Of a stretch of 64,000 nt of DNA, positions 29,856-42,770 are shown piece after piece (position 1 is the stretch's first letter; each line of letters begins with the position of its first letter). Under the pieces are notes generated by a model that was not told where the DNA came from, did not search any database, and saw only the letters and a list, made by a program, of their open reading frames with translations. The stretch lies in NCBI RefSeq assembly GCF_009914755.1, contig NC_060928.1. One strand, given 5' to 3'. The translations under genes and the position numbers were made by a program. Source of the DNA: the human T2T-CHM13v2.0 reference genome, Homo sapiens.

Positions 29856-29986
29856 GCCTGAAGAACCCAGCAGCTCCCCATCCCCCTCCCCGCCCCGGCA
29901 CTCAGCGTTCCTCTTTCTGCTCTGTGAGTGTGACTGCCCTAGGGGCCTCATGTCAGTGGGATCACAGAGCATGTGTCCTTTGGTGA

Positions 29987-30353
<367 letters not shown>

Positions 30354-30629
30354 TTGCTGCCACCTTTCGGCGATTGTGAAGAATCCTGCAATGCACACGG
30401 GTGTGCACATGTTTCTATGAGACCACCTTTCAATCATTTGGGGTTTACATCCATCCAGAATTTTTTTAAAGCACTCTTTGAGGGCCAGGTCTGGTGTTAG
30501 GTGTTGAGGGTAAGGAGGTGAGGAGGACGAGGTTCCTGTTCCTAAGGAGCCTTGGTCTGGAGGGAGAGACCACTGGGTGTGGAGACACCAGTGCATTCAT
30601 CTCCACAGCGCTTTTGACTTTAATATGCT

Positions 30630-30760
30630 CTCACCTCTGTTATTTAATCCATTTTATAGTGGGGAAACTGAGTCACAAGAAGATGCAATGCCCTGGCTAA
30701 GATCACCTGGGCAGTTAGTTATAAAACGAGTGCCAGAATTCAGGTCTATGGAGCCCAATG
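30630..30760 (-). mobile_element. MIR fragment
   Basis: CCATTTTATAGTGGGGAAACTGAG core. Confidence 0.7.
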
Positions 30761-32441
30761 CACTGAAGTATTATCAAGTAAGTCCCCCAGGCAGCTGGTT
30801 TTTGGACATTTTTGGCAGAGGCTGCAAATGCAGGTCACCGAAAGCAGCTCATGCCAGCTCCAGCAGAGAGGGACAGACGCTCAGGTGATTGGGACATCCA
30901 GGGGTCGGGGCTGGCTGTGGGCTCTGCCAGAACGGGGGCCTGGGGCTGTTTTCTCGCCTCTCTCTCCACCTCCTGGGTCTGCTATCCTTTCTGCCTTGGT
31001 TTCATTTTGCAATTCTTCCATGCAGCTGGGGAAGCTGACTGCCAGCAAGCTGGGTCTCTGTAGCCCTTAGGACTCAGATCCCAGAGCAGAGCAAGCCCCC
31101 GCACCTGCGCCCTGCCTTCCTGGGCCTGTGCAGCAGATTCTAAGAGACACTCTTTCAGACCCAGGTTGGTGGCCAGACTCACACGAACCAGTCAAGGAGC
31201 CGAGCAGATGGTGGTTTAGTTGGGAGGCACTGGGCAGGCCCCAGGGTAAGGGTGGAGAAGCAGGCTGGCAGGAAAGGCATGGCTTTCCCCACAGGGTGAG
31301 GAGAGCTGGGCCACGGAGCCCAGGCAAGAATGGAACAGGAGCGAAGAGTCTATTATGGGCAGCAGAGCCCCACACACTTTTCATCTTCTTTGTGTGCGAA
31401 CCCACTCTGAAAACTGATTGAAGTCAAAATAGCTGCCTTTTCAAGTACCTCGTGAAAGTTTAGCATCCAAAGGGATTTCTGTACGAAAACCTTTCATGTT
31501 TTTTGGTTCAATATTTTAACTTCGTCTTTTATTGTAGATGCAGTCGTCTGCCAACTTTTCAGAGCGGGCAGCCCTCCTGCTCTCTTCCTCCGTGTCGCCT
31601 GCTGGCCCTGCCCGCAATGTGTGTCCCAGTGGATGTGCTGCTGGGGGAGGGTGCCGGGACCTGCGGCCCGAACGCGGGGGCTGCTGGCCTGTGGTTTGTG
31701 AGTGGCTCCACGCCAGGGTGTGACATGGAAATAGTCCTGCTCAGCTCACCGTGGTGAGGCTGAAATAAAAATAACGCCGATGAGAGTGCTTGACAACCCG
31801 AGAGACGGAGTCAGTGTAGGGGGGATCAGTCACCTTTTTTCCTCTGGCCCACTCTTCTAGAGGGTGGCTTAGGCCCCAGCGGCCCATCCCTGCAGGGACT
31901 TTTGCAGAGCTGCTGGCTGCTGGGGGCTTTCCTTGGCTTCTGCAAAAACCTCAAGTCTTTGGGAAGCTGATGCTCTGAGGCCTGGGCCTGGGCCTGCAGC
32001 AAGGGAGGAAAGAGGGTAGGAAGCCTGGCTTGGAGATGCCGTGTCAGGGTAGGCGAGGGAGAGCTCGGGGGTGCAGAGGGTTCTGCTCCAGAACCAGCGA
32101 GGGCTGTGGTGCCACTCACTGATCTAAGTGGGGACTGTGCAGGGGAGGGAACCAGACTTCCATTTTTGCTGTGCACGTGCCTGTGGGAGCCAAGAGGAGG
32201 CATCAGCCTGACCTTCAGATCCACAGCACCTGTTTTGTTCATGGCACTTTCTGAGGCTGCTAGTCACGGCCCCTCTTCTGTGGCGGGTCAGGAACCTGAT
32301 TTTTGTTTCCCGCCAACCCACCCCACGTGTCTCCATCTCCCAAATGGGTTTTAAGCTCTGGCGAGGTGCTGGCCCTGTTTTAGGTGCTGGGGATATAGCT
32401 GTAAACAAAACAGCCAGAAGCCCCGCCCTTGTGATGTGTAT

Positions 32442-32468
32442 TGTGTGTGTGTGTGTGTGTGTGTGTGT
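32442..32468. repeat. (TG)n microsatellite within an L2 fragment
   Basis: Read directly from sequence. Confidence 0.9.
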
Positions 32469-32796
32469 CAGGGGGTGGGGAGTGACAGCAAACAATAAAC
32501 TCATCGCTGCCTATGCCAGGAGACACACTGGTGCGGGGAGGAAGGGGAGGGTGGGGAATGGGGCCCGGGTGCTGGGGGCTTCAGGTAGGGACTGGGCTCC
32601 TCAGAGAGGTGTGAGAGCCAAGGGAGGAGGAGAGAGCGCGTTAACTGAGGGCTTCCTGGGGGAAGAGAGTCTAAGAGGAGGGAGGGGTAGTGGGCGAGAG
32701 CCCATGCTCTCCCTGGCGGGCAGCCACGGTCACGGTTTCCGCCTTCACCTCATCCTACGATCACCAGCCCAGTGCCTCTTGATCTTGGCTAGGAAA

Positions 32797-33003
32797 TAGG
32801 GTTGCCTGGTAAAACGCAAGATGCCCAGTTATATTTGAATTCCAGACAAACAATGAATATTTTAAATATAAGTATATCCCAAATACTTAAATATAAGTAT
32901 ATCCCAAATTTAGCCGAAATAAACTTCGACTAAAAAATTATTTGTTTACCTGAAATTCAGATTTAACTGGGCATCCTGTGTTTTTATGAAATCAGCAACC
33001 CTG
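32797..33003. mobile_element. MER53 palindromic hAT MITE
   Basis: TIRs TAGGGTTGCC / GCAACCCTG; GATGCCCAGTTA / TAACTGGGCATC arms. Confidence 0.88.
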
Positions 33004-34533
33004 TCAAGGAGAGGAGGCCCACGAGAGAATCTCGCACAGGGCTGGGGTTGCCAGTGCCGCTGGGCTGCCGCTGTGTTTCTGATGATCTGTATCTGAGTTA
33101 CTTTATTCATATCTAGCAAATTGTTTCTACAAAGCTTATCTTATTTTCCACCTGTTTCTTTATTGATTCAACTTTATTGATTCAATTGTCTCTTTATTGA
33201 AGCGCCTACTCTGTGCCGGCCATGGTGGAGGCAGGAGCTGGGCCCTCCCCGGTTGCTGGGAGGAGACATCCACCGGGAGTGCCCTCCCCAGCGCACCGTC
33301 ACGGTTCCCTCTCGCACGGCAGCCCAGTGAGACCTGGGCCCGTGGGCCTCGCCACTCTGCACGGCTGCTGCCTGGAGCATGGTCCTGGACATGGCAGGCT
33401 TTCGAGAAATATTTGTTATGTGAGTGACTCTGAAAATGTGCACCAAGCAGTAACAGTTTCTCATGAGACTCAGCCGGTGCTGGGGCAGGGTCATGGAGTC
33501 AGCGCAGCCCTTGCTTGGGTAATTTTTTAGGAAATACTTTTGGGGAGATGTGTTCATGCGAGATTGCACCTTTCAGCTGTTGCCCTGACAGCCGCTGGGG
33601 TTCCCTCGCGTCATCAGTGATCACTGTCTGCTGCGCCCCGCGGGTTCTGGGGTGGCTTCCTGCAAATGTGTCACTGGGGCTGCTGTAAGCTTCACACCCT
33701 GGGTTCTCCTCTCCCTCCCTGGAATCAGGAGTCTCAAGGTGGCTTCACACAGAACTGCCAGCCTCTGCCTGTGAGTTGGGGTCCTGGATTTAAAGGAGAG
33801 CCCTGGCCTGAACTTGGCGAAGTGTGTGGGTTCACACAGAAGGCAGAGCAGGCTGGGGGCGCCAGAACGGCCGTTCCCCGCCAGTGTGGAGTAAATGACT
33901 TTGGGCAGGACGGAGCTCTGTTTCCACACGGTGCAAGGTGCAGCTGTGAGCGTGAGAGGGGACAACTGGCAGGGCAGGGGCAGTAAGCTGGTGACGTCCA
34001 GGCTGCCGTGGGCCCCCCGGGCAGTCCGTCTCTGCTGAGTGGCTCTATTGCGGCCTGCAGGAGGTGGAGCTGCTGAAGTGTGTGTTGGGGGTGTTTGGAA
34101 TGAGAATTTGGCAGGCACATGACTGAGTGGGATTTTTATGGAGTGTCTCCTGCTTTGGGGCCCCGGCCTGCACCTTTGCAGGCATGCAAGGCCCCCGCCC
34201 AGGCCCACTTCCCTGCATCTGGCTCGCACCTCCTTCCAGGCCCAGGCCCGGGTCTAGAAGTCAGCCCCTCCAGAGAGAAAGCTAAACCCCACCAGCTCCC
34301 CGCACGCAGCAGCCCAGGGGCCACCAGGGGTTGCGTTCCGGGGCTGGGCTGTCGCTTTCCTAGAAAGGCAGAGCAGCTCCGGGATGAGCTTGGTGTCTGG
34401 CTATGGAAGCAGAAAGCCCCGCAGAGTCGAATCCCCCAACCTGCACGGCCCCATGCTGGAGAGGCACGGCACACCCACTCCTTTGCGTGCATCTGGCATC
34501 CCCAAGGCCTGGGGCTTCCAAGTGTGACATATC

Positions 34534-36435
34534 TGTGTGTCTGTCAGTGTGATGTGGGTGCGTATGTCGAGTGTGGTGTGAGTGTGTATGTGTGAGAGAG
34601 TATGGTGTGTGGTGTGTGTGTGTGTGAGTGTGTGGGTGTGGATGTGTGTGTGGGTGTGAATGTGGTGTGTTGTGTGGTGTGTGTTTTGTGTGTCAGTGTG
34701 GTGTGTGGTGTGTATGTTGAGTGTGGTGTGTGTGGTGTGAGGGTGTGAATGTGGTGAGTGTGGTGTGTGTGTGGGTGCGAATGTGGTGTGTTGTGTGTTT
34801 TGTGTGTCAGTGTGGTGTGTGGTGTGTAAGGATGTTGAGTGGTGTGTGTGGTGTGAAGGTGTGAATGTGGTGAGTGTGCTGAGTGCAGTGTGTGTGAGTG
34901 TGGCATGTGGTGTGTAAGTGTGTTGAGTGGTGATTGTGATGAGTGTGGTACGAGTGTGAGTGTGGTGTTTGAATGTGGTGTGTTTAGTGTGAGTGTGTAG
35001 TGTGTGTGGTGTGTGTGTTGAATGTGGTGTGTGGAATGTGGTGTGTGAGAATGTGTGAGTGTGGTGAGTGTGATGTGCGTGTGAGTGTGAATGTGGTGTG
35101 TTGTGTGGTGTGTTTTGTGTGTCAGTGAGGTGTGTGGTATGTATGTTGAGTGTGGTGTGTGTGGTATGTGTGAATGTGTGTGTTGAGTGTGGTGTGAGTG
35201 TGGGTGTGAATGTGGTGTGTTGTGTGGTGTATGTTTTGTGTGTCATTGTGGTATATAAGTATGTTAAGTGTGTTGAATGTGGTGTGGTGTGAGGCATGTG
35301 GTGTGTGAGTGTGTTGAGTGTAGTGTGTGCGTGGGTGCAAATGTGGTGTGTTGTGTGTTTTGTGTGTGAGTGTGGCATGTGGTGTGTATGTTGAGTGTGT
35401 TGAGTTTGGTGTGTGTAGTGTGTGGTGTGAGTGTGGTGAGTGTGGTGTGTGTGAGTGTGGCATGTGGTGTGTAAGTGTGTTGAGTGTGGTGAGTGTGGTG
35501 TGTGTGAATATGATGAGTGTGTTGTGTGTGGTATATGTGGTACTAGTGTGAGTGTGGTGTGTGAATGTGGTGTGTTCAGTGTAGTGTGAGTGTGGTGTGT
35601 GTGTTGAGTGTGGTGAGTGTGGAATGTGTGAGTGTGAATGTGGTGTGAGTGATTGTGAGTGTGGTGTGAGTGTGGGTGTGAATGTGGTGTTGTGTGGTGT
35701 ATGTTTTGTGTGTCAGTGTGGTGTGTATGTTGAGTGTGTTGAGTGTGGTGTGAGGGTGTGGATGTGAGTGTGGTGAGTGTGGTGTGTGTGAGTGTGGCAT
35801 GTGGTGTGTAAGTGTGTTGAGTGTGGTGAGATGAGTGTGATGTGAGTGTGTGAATATGAGTGTGTTGAGTGTGGTGTGTGTGTGGGTGAGAATGTGGTGT
35901 CTTGTGTGTTTTGTGTCAGTGGTGTGTGGTGTGTAAGAATGTAGAGTGTGTTGAGTGGTGTGTGTGTTGTGAGTGTGGATGTGAGTGTGTTGAGTGTGTG
36001 TGTGAATGTGGCATGTGGTGTGTGTGTTGAGTGTGGTGAGTGTGATGAGTGTGGTGTGAGTGTGTGAATGTGAGTGTGTTGAATGTGGTGTGTTCAGTGT
36101 AGTGTGTGTGAATGTGGTATGTGATGTGTGTGGTGAGTTTGTTGAATGTGTGGTGAGTGGTGTGGGTGTGTGAATGTGGTGTGTTGTGGTGTGGTGTGTG
36201 TTTTGTGTGTCAGTGTGGCGTGTGGTGTGTATGTTGAGTGGTGTGTGTGGGTGTGAATGTGGTGTGTTGTGTGGTGTGTGTTTTGTGTGTGAGTGTGGTG
36301 TGTGGTGCGTAAGTATGTTGAGTGTGGTGTGTGTGTGAATGTGGCACATGGTGTGGTGTGTAAGTGTGTTGAGTGTGGTGTGATGAGTGTGGCGTGAGTG
36401 TGTGAATATGTGTAAGTGTGTTGAGTGTGGCATGT
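34534..36435 (+). repeat. TG-rich complex tandem repeat, about 1.9 kb
   Basis: Almost C-free + strand; recurring GTGTGAATGTGGTGTGTTGTGTGGTG..TTTTGTGTGTCAGTG units. Confidence 0.97.
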
Positions 36436-36887
36436 GTCCTTTCTGACCCGGGGCCTGTGCAGGGGGTGAAGGTTGGAGGCTGGGCAGTGCCAGGTCACAG
36501 GTGGCCCCAGGGAGTAGAGATGGGCGAGGTCGCGGAGGGAAACTAGGACCGTCTCAGGCCAGTGCCCCCGTTTGGAGCTTTTGGATGTTAACGTGAGGGG
36601 GCTGGTCGGGGGAGTCCGTCCAGCCTCCAGCTCCAGGGGACAGAGGACCCGTGGCCAGGTCCTCGTGCCCGCGATGGCAGAGATGGTACGAGCCAGACCA
36701 GGGGAGAAAGTACCTGCCAGTGTGAGCTGCCCTCTGAGAGTTGCCACGTCGCCACGCAGCCACCTAAAGTGCTAGACTAGGGGGCTTCTGAGGCAGAGGC
36801 TCTGGTAAACACTGAAGAATTAAAACCTGGAGTATATTAAAGTAAAAACACCAACCACAGCCCTTACTGTCTGAGGTTTGTGGGGGT

Positions 36888-37160
<273 letters not shown>

Positions 37161-37502
37161 GAGGTCTTTTTAACACATGTGCTTGCTGCCTGCTGATGGA
37201 AGGAAATCAACTTTGGGATTCCTAAAACAGGAATGTTTTCCCCAGTAGCAACCTCATAGCAAACACCTCCTCACTGGGACAGTCCTGCTCATGCCGCTGC
37301 ACCTCTGACCCTATGCTGTTCCTGTGGTTATGCTGTCTGCCTGGAACAGCCTGGAACATCTGGCTTTCTTCTCATACTTATCCTTCAAGGTCCAATTCAC
37401 ATGTCACCTCCTCCCAGAAGTTTCTCTTGCCCTCCAGGTCTTCCCCTGAGCTCACCTGGGTACACCTGCAGCAAAGCAATCACCATACCCTGTTGTCACC
37501 AT

Positions 37503-37860
37503 GTATCAGTCAGCAACTGCTGCAATAATGCTGTGTAACAAATTACTTCAAACATCTGGTGGCTCCTAATAAGAAGGTGGCTTATTTTTCTCACTCCTGG
37601 GGCTTCAGAGTGGCTGCAGCCTGTCTGACTCAGGCTGTGGGGCAGCAGGGTTTGGCTCCAGGCCTTGGGTTGGTTTTGGGTCTCTACCATGTGTCTCATT
37701 CTGGGACCCAGGCTCATGGCAGATCACCAGAGCACAAGAAGCCAAATGTAACAGTGCAAGTGTGTGTAAGGCCTTGGCTCACATCTCATCCTTGAGTAAT
37801 CCATTGGCCACATCCTTTGCAAGGCCAAGCCAAAGCTGGTGGGGCAGAGGGATGTCTGTC
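37503..37860 (-). mobile_element. old MLT1 (I/J-like) LTR
   Basis: GCTGTGTAACAAA..; CCATTGGCCA..GGCCAAGCC. Confidence 0.6.
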
Positions 37861-38224
37861 ACTGCAGTGTGTGTACCGTCTCCTCCACTAGACTGTGGAT
37901 TTCTTAGGGCTGGCGTCTGAGTCTCTTGTGTGGTCCCAATGCCAGTGAAGAGTGGGTACCCAGAGATCTTGAAGAACTGAATCCATGCCCTCTGCCACTA
38001 AGGCCACCGGCTTGCCTATTACTGCCCCATCAACAGCTGGTGGGATCTGTCCACACAAGACCTCCTCCATCAGGGCTGCCTTCAGTTAAATACAGTCCCC
38101 TCTCCCTCACGCGTCTTATTCATTACTGCTAGTCCCGATTCTTCCTATACAGGAAGTAAACGCATTGTCCTGATGGGAGGAATGGGTCATGGAAGTTTAA
38201 TTCCTTTGCCTCAGGATACATAGT

Positions 38225-39030
38225 GGCATTGTGCACATAGTAGGCACCTTATTGGTGTTGGATAGCTGAAAGGCAGAGTGGCAATTTGAAGAATCATCTA
38301 ATTCAAGAAGTTTTGCATGCAGGCCACCAAGTGGACATGAGCAGAAGTGTCCAGGTGGTGCTCACACATAGTAGGTGCTTTATTAATGTAGGCTAGTTGA
38401 ATGGCAGAGCTGGGATTTGAAGCACTGACTCTTGATTCAAGTAGTGTTCAGGGCAGGTCACTAAGAGGGCAGGTGTGGAAGTGTCTGGGTGGCACCTGCT
38501 CATAGTAGGTGCTTTATTAATGTTGGCTAGCTGAACAGCAGAGATGGGATTTGAAGCATTGTCTCTTGACTCAAGCAGTGTTCAGTGCAGGCCTCTAAGT
38601 GGGTAGGTATGGAAGTGCCCGGGTGGTGCTCGCACATAGTAGGTGCTTTATTAATGTTGGCTAGCTGAAAGGTGGAGCTGGAATTTGAAGCACTGACTCT
38701 TGATTCAAGTAGTGTTCAGGGCAGGTCACTAAGAGGGCAGGTGTGGAAGTGTCTGGGTGGCACCTGCTCATAGTAGGTGCTTTATTAATGTTGGCTAGCT
38801 GAAAGGTGGAGCTGGAATTTGAAGCCATGATTCTAGCTATGTTCAGTGCAGGCCACTAAGTGGACAGGTGTGGAAGGCTTTGCATGTGGTAGGTGCCTTT
38901 TCAATGCTGACTAGTTGAAAGCCAGAGCTGGGATTCAAAGCACCATCTGATTCAAGAAGCGTTCCGTGTGGGACACCAAGCAGATATGTGTGGAGGTACT
39001 GGGTGTGGCTTGCACACAGTAGGCACTTAA
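38225..39030 (+). repeat. about 134-bp tandem array, about 6 copies
   Basis: CATAGTAGGTGCTTTATTAATG landmark at about 38236, 38367, 38501, 38635, 38769, 38885 and 39015. Confidence 0.92.
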
Positions 39031-39609
39031 GCAGCATTCCTTCCCTTCCCTGTGTCTGGTGGAACCCTCTGGAAAGGAACTTCCTCACAGCCCCCATTTC
39101 TTCAAGCCTTTGCTCCCTGCCCTGTCTCTGCATCCTCCCTCCCTGGCCTCTCTCCCTGTGGGGCGGGGTACGCCTTCCTCTGAGTGCATCATTTCCCCTG
39201 AATGCCAAGACACTCAGAGCAGAGGGCGGGGATGAGGTTGCCAAAAATGCAGGCTTGAAACCAGAGATGTTTTTCAAGGAGGAAAAGAATGTTAAAATCT
39301 TGGCCTAAGAGTTTTCCTCCCAGAAGAAAGCGAGTACCAGTGGCTCCTTGGCTTCTCTCCAGCTCGCCTCTTTGGAACTGAGTCGGGGAGAGGAAGTTGG
39401 GGCTTGAGAGTGGCTTTATTTTGCCCTGCAGCTTCACCCCCGCTCCTCAACTCTGCGCCTCAGCTCGTTCTCCCACCTTCCAGGAATGACCTTTCCCTGC
39501 TCAGCCCCAGGGATCAGCTTGAAAGCATCCTCCTCCTCCATGAAGCCTGCCTGGGCACTTCAGCCCCGCTGCACTGCATGCTCACAGGGTGAGGGGCAGG
39601 CAAGTGAAT

Positions 39610-39740
39610 TGCACTGAGACACAGACAGCCCTGGGTTTGAGTCCAGGCTCTGCTGGCCATGTGAGCTTGAACAAGTCCCCAGCGTGCCTGGGCCTCAGTT
39701 TCCTAGGTGTACAATGGGCATGGTGAGGGCAGCACTTGCC
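39610..39740 (+). mobile_element. MIR fragment
   Basis: CCTGGGTTTGAGTCC..GGCCTCAGTTTCCT. Confidence 0.7.
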
Positions 39741-40074
39741 GAGGCGCCCCTGAGAGGGTAGAACAGCGTCTGTCCCCAGTCATGCTTGGCTCTGGCTGGC
39801 AGCAGGAAGTGCCTGTCTGTCTCTGTCACTGGGTTTCTACAGAGGCCTCCTGATGCCTCGCCTTTTGCGACCTGCCCCGGCTGAAGAAGGGGCTTGCGGG
39901 AGCTCGGCTCTGTGGTTTCTGGACAGGCTCCCATCCCTGCAGCTGGAAAAACAAGACAGAGCTCGTATGCACCTCCCAGGCTGGGGCTGCAGACCTGCCC
40001 AGTGGTTTCCCCGGGACCCCCGCAGGCTCGACATTTCTCCCTCACTGCTCCCCGCACGGTGCTCTGAGATTTCT

Positions 40075-40132
40075 TCAGATGACTTTATTAAAGGCAGGTG
40101 CTCTCAGATGACTTTATTAAAGGCAGGTGCTC
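40075..40132. repeat. perfect 29-bp tandem duplication
   Basis: TCAGATGACTTTATTAAAGGCAGGTGCTC x2. Confidence 0.97.
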
Positions 40133-40900
40133 ATCGTCATCTGGCAAAGGCTTTATTTAAATTAACATAGCAAAGAGGAATATCAATTAACAGCCTTGCA
40201 GCCCTGAGATGAGACAGTCTTGAGGCCAGTGACCTGGTCACTGGGTTTTAAGAGTTACAGAGACATTTTGCTAATCAGCATAGAAGTTTCTCCCTTCCCT
40301 GGAGAAAGAGGGATAATTTGGACAGGAACAGACCTGGGGCGTGAACCACCCAATGTGTAGGGAGGCAGCAGGATGAATTGTAAATGCCCACGTTTGGGAC
40401 CTGTCTGAATTCCTGCTATGCCCCTGGCTGTCTGGGGGCCATGGGCAAGTTGCTGCCTTGATCTGCACCCCAGGCCTCTCGTCTGGGAAAAGAGAATATT
40501 CTTTCCTCAGAGAACCGTGCAGATTAGAAGAGACGGTGTGGCGAACTGTCTAGTCTGCTGAGGATCTCAGAAGGTGCCCGAGCCCCTCTGTAGGGGCCCT
40601 GAATACATGTCCAGGCAAACGCCTTAAAATGTAAATTTCAGCCTGGGACTCTTGGTCAAAGGCTTCTGACTTTGAGAATTAAGTCAAAACTCTTCTGCTT
40701 GGTGTTCCAGTCCCTCCTGCTTGTGAGCCCTGCTGTCCCCTTGCGTGGTGCCCCTGGAAATTCCTACCTTGCACTCAGCTTCCTGGTCTCTCACCTGGAG
40801 AGGGGTGGTTCACTCTCGGAGCTACCCTGCCTCTCCTGTGTAGCACTCCCAGCTCAGGCATTTTAACTTATTTATCTCGTCTACTGTCTCTCCTTCAGAA

Positions 40901-41129
40901 CTGGGCTTCTCGACCTCAGCACTATTGCATTTTGGGTGGGATAACGCTTTGTGAATAAGTGGGGCTGCCCTGTGTGCTGGAGGGTGTTTAGCAAGACCCC
41001 GCCTCCACCTGTAAGATTCTAGTGACACCTCCCATTTTCCCCAGGGTTATGAAAACAAACAAAAAAAATGTCTCCAGTCATTGCCCAGCGTCACGTGGGC
41101 GACAGACCCGCCCAGGTTGAGACCCGCTG
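40901..41129 (+). mobile_element. MER20 hAT-Charlie transposon
   Basis: CTTCTCGACCTCAGCACTATTG..AAAATGTCTCCAG.CATTGCC..GGTTGAGACCCGCTG. Confidence 0.8.
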
Positions 41130-41587
41130 CTCTAGAACGTCTGCCGCGAGCAGGCAGGGGGCTTGGTTTGTTGTGTTGACTGTAGGGTCTGCCTTGCTTC
41201 CCCAGCCTGGGGCAGGGCCTGGCATGTAGGCAGCGCTGAATCAGTCCTTGCTGAGTGTTACTGAGCAACAGAACACCTGCTATACTTGCCAGGCATGCAG
41301 CAGACCCCACGGCAGGTTGTGTCACCCCATTTACAGATGAGGAAACTGAGGCCCAGTAAAGCACCAGCTGCAGGTAAGAGTGTGGGCAAGGAGGTGATAG
41401 GAACAGGTCTTGCTGTAACCTAATGGCCTCTTTGGTGTGTTAGGGGCGGGGACCACTTTGAGCTAGCAGATGCTAGGTGTTGGAGGGGCTACAGGAAAGG
41501 TGACCTTGTCAAGGAGTGAATGAGTGTCTCTTCTTAGTTCTCAAGCTGACAAATAACAGCAGACAGCACATTAGCGGGAAAGACAAC

Positions 41588-41644
41588 TGGAGACCTTTCC
41601 CCCAGGCTGGTATGGAGATCTTTCCCCCAGGCTGGTATGGAAAC
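41588..41644. repeat. 25-bp tandem duplication
   Basis: TGGAGAYCTTTCCCCCAGGCTGGTA x2. Confidence 0.92.
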
Positions 41645-42609
41645 CTGCGGAGGGCTGAGACCCCCAGTCTGCAGGCGGGGCTTTGGGTGGGTCAGCCTGC
41701 CTGTCTTGGCACGAATAACCTTGGCTCGCCCATCCTGATGGGCTGGGGTCTCCTGAGAAAGCCTCTTGGATGCCAAAGGGCCTGGTGGGCTCCGGCGTTG
41801 ATTGATGGGCTCTGGGAGTCAGTCCACAGTCAATCTGTATCAGCGCAGGGCCCGATTTGAAATTCAAATTCCAACTAACCAGAAAATGAATATGAATTTC
41901 ATATTTTGTTATTTTCACCGACCGGGCTGCGTCTCTGCCAGTGGCGCGGGGGTGCGGCAGGCTCCACTGCAGAGGATACTCATGACTTCCCACCCCCACC
42001 GCAGCCCACACTGCGGAAGGTTGGAGGAAACATCTCCTCTCATTGGGTATTTCACCTTTGGGTAGACGGCGAAGTAGAACCCAGAGATGACTGGGGCCAC
42101 CCTGCCTCAGTGAGGGTAAAAGGGGACCTCCAAAGACAGGGTGTCTCATGTCCCATCCCCAGTATCGCTGCATTCCAGAGTGGCCCCAAGGCCTGGCCTT
42201 GGAACCTGGAGAGTGGGCTCTGCTGGAACAGGGAGGTGGTGGGCACCGCGAGAGGCTGGGCGACCCTGGCCAGGCCTGGAAGTAGAGCCGGGAGGTCCAT
42301 GGCCCCTTCGGGCTGCCTTGATCTCCTGACGAAAGCTTGGGAATGCACCTGTCAGAGGAGGTCCACAGACCGACCGCCTCGGGGCTGGCACGTCCCGCCC
42401 TTGCTGTAGAACCCAGCGCCACCCTGGCTCTGCTGTCCCCACACTGTTCCTTCCTGCCATGGGATGGGGTTGTGACCAGGTTTCCATCTCCAGCCTCACC
42501 CCCATCTCTTCTCCTAGCCCCACGCAGAGCCCCCAGGCTGCTCCTGTACTCAGTAACCTTCGGTGGCTCCCTATTGCCTGAGAGGCAAGAAGCCATCAAG
42601 CTGTGGGGC

Positions 42610-42770
42610 CATAGCTTGGCTCCGTCAGTTTATTAGCTGAGTGGCCTTGGACAAGTTTCTTAGCCTCTTTGTGCCTCAGTTTCCTCATCTGTACGGGGGG
42701 ATAAGAGCACCCCCCTCACAGGTGAGTTAACACACATGGATGCCCGCCCTGGCGGTGCCTGGTGCAGCGA
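42610..42770 (+). mobile_element. MIR fragment
   Basis: CTTGGACAAGTTTCTTAGCCTCTTTGTGCCTCAGTTTCCTCATCTGTA. Confidence 0.8.

Noticed and set aside
34401-36747. His/Thr-rich ORFs of 217-325 aa
   Set aside because: Artefacts of the CA-rich strand of the TG repeat.
38225-39030. Possible CRISPR-like repeat-spacer array
   Set aside because: The intervening segments are homologous to each other, so this is a tandem repeat; the context is eukaryotic with no cas genes.
41571-42599. 342-aa minus-strand ORF
   Set aside because: Composition typical of random GC-rich DNA, non-ATG start and no recognisable domain.
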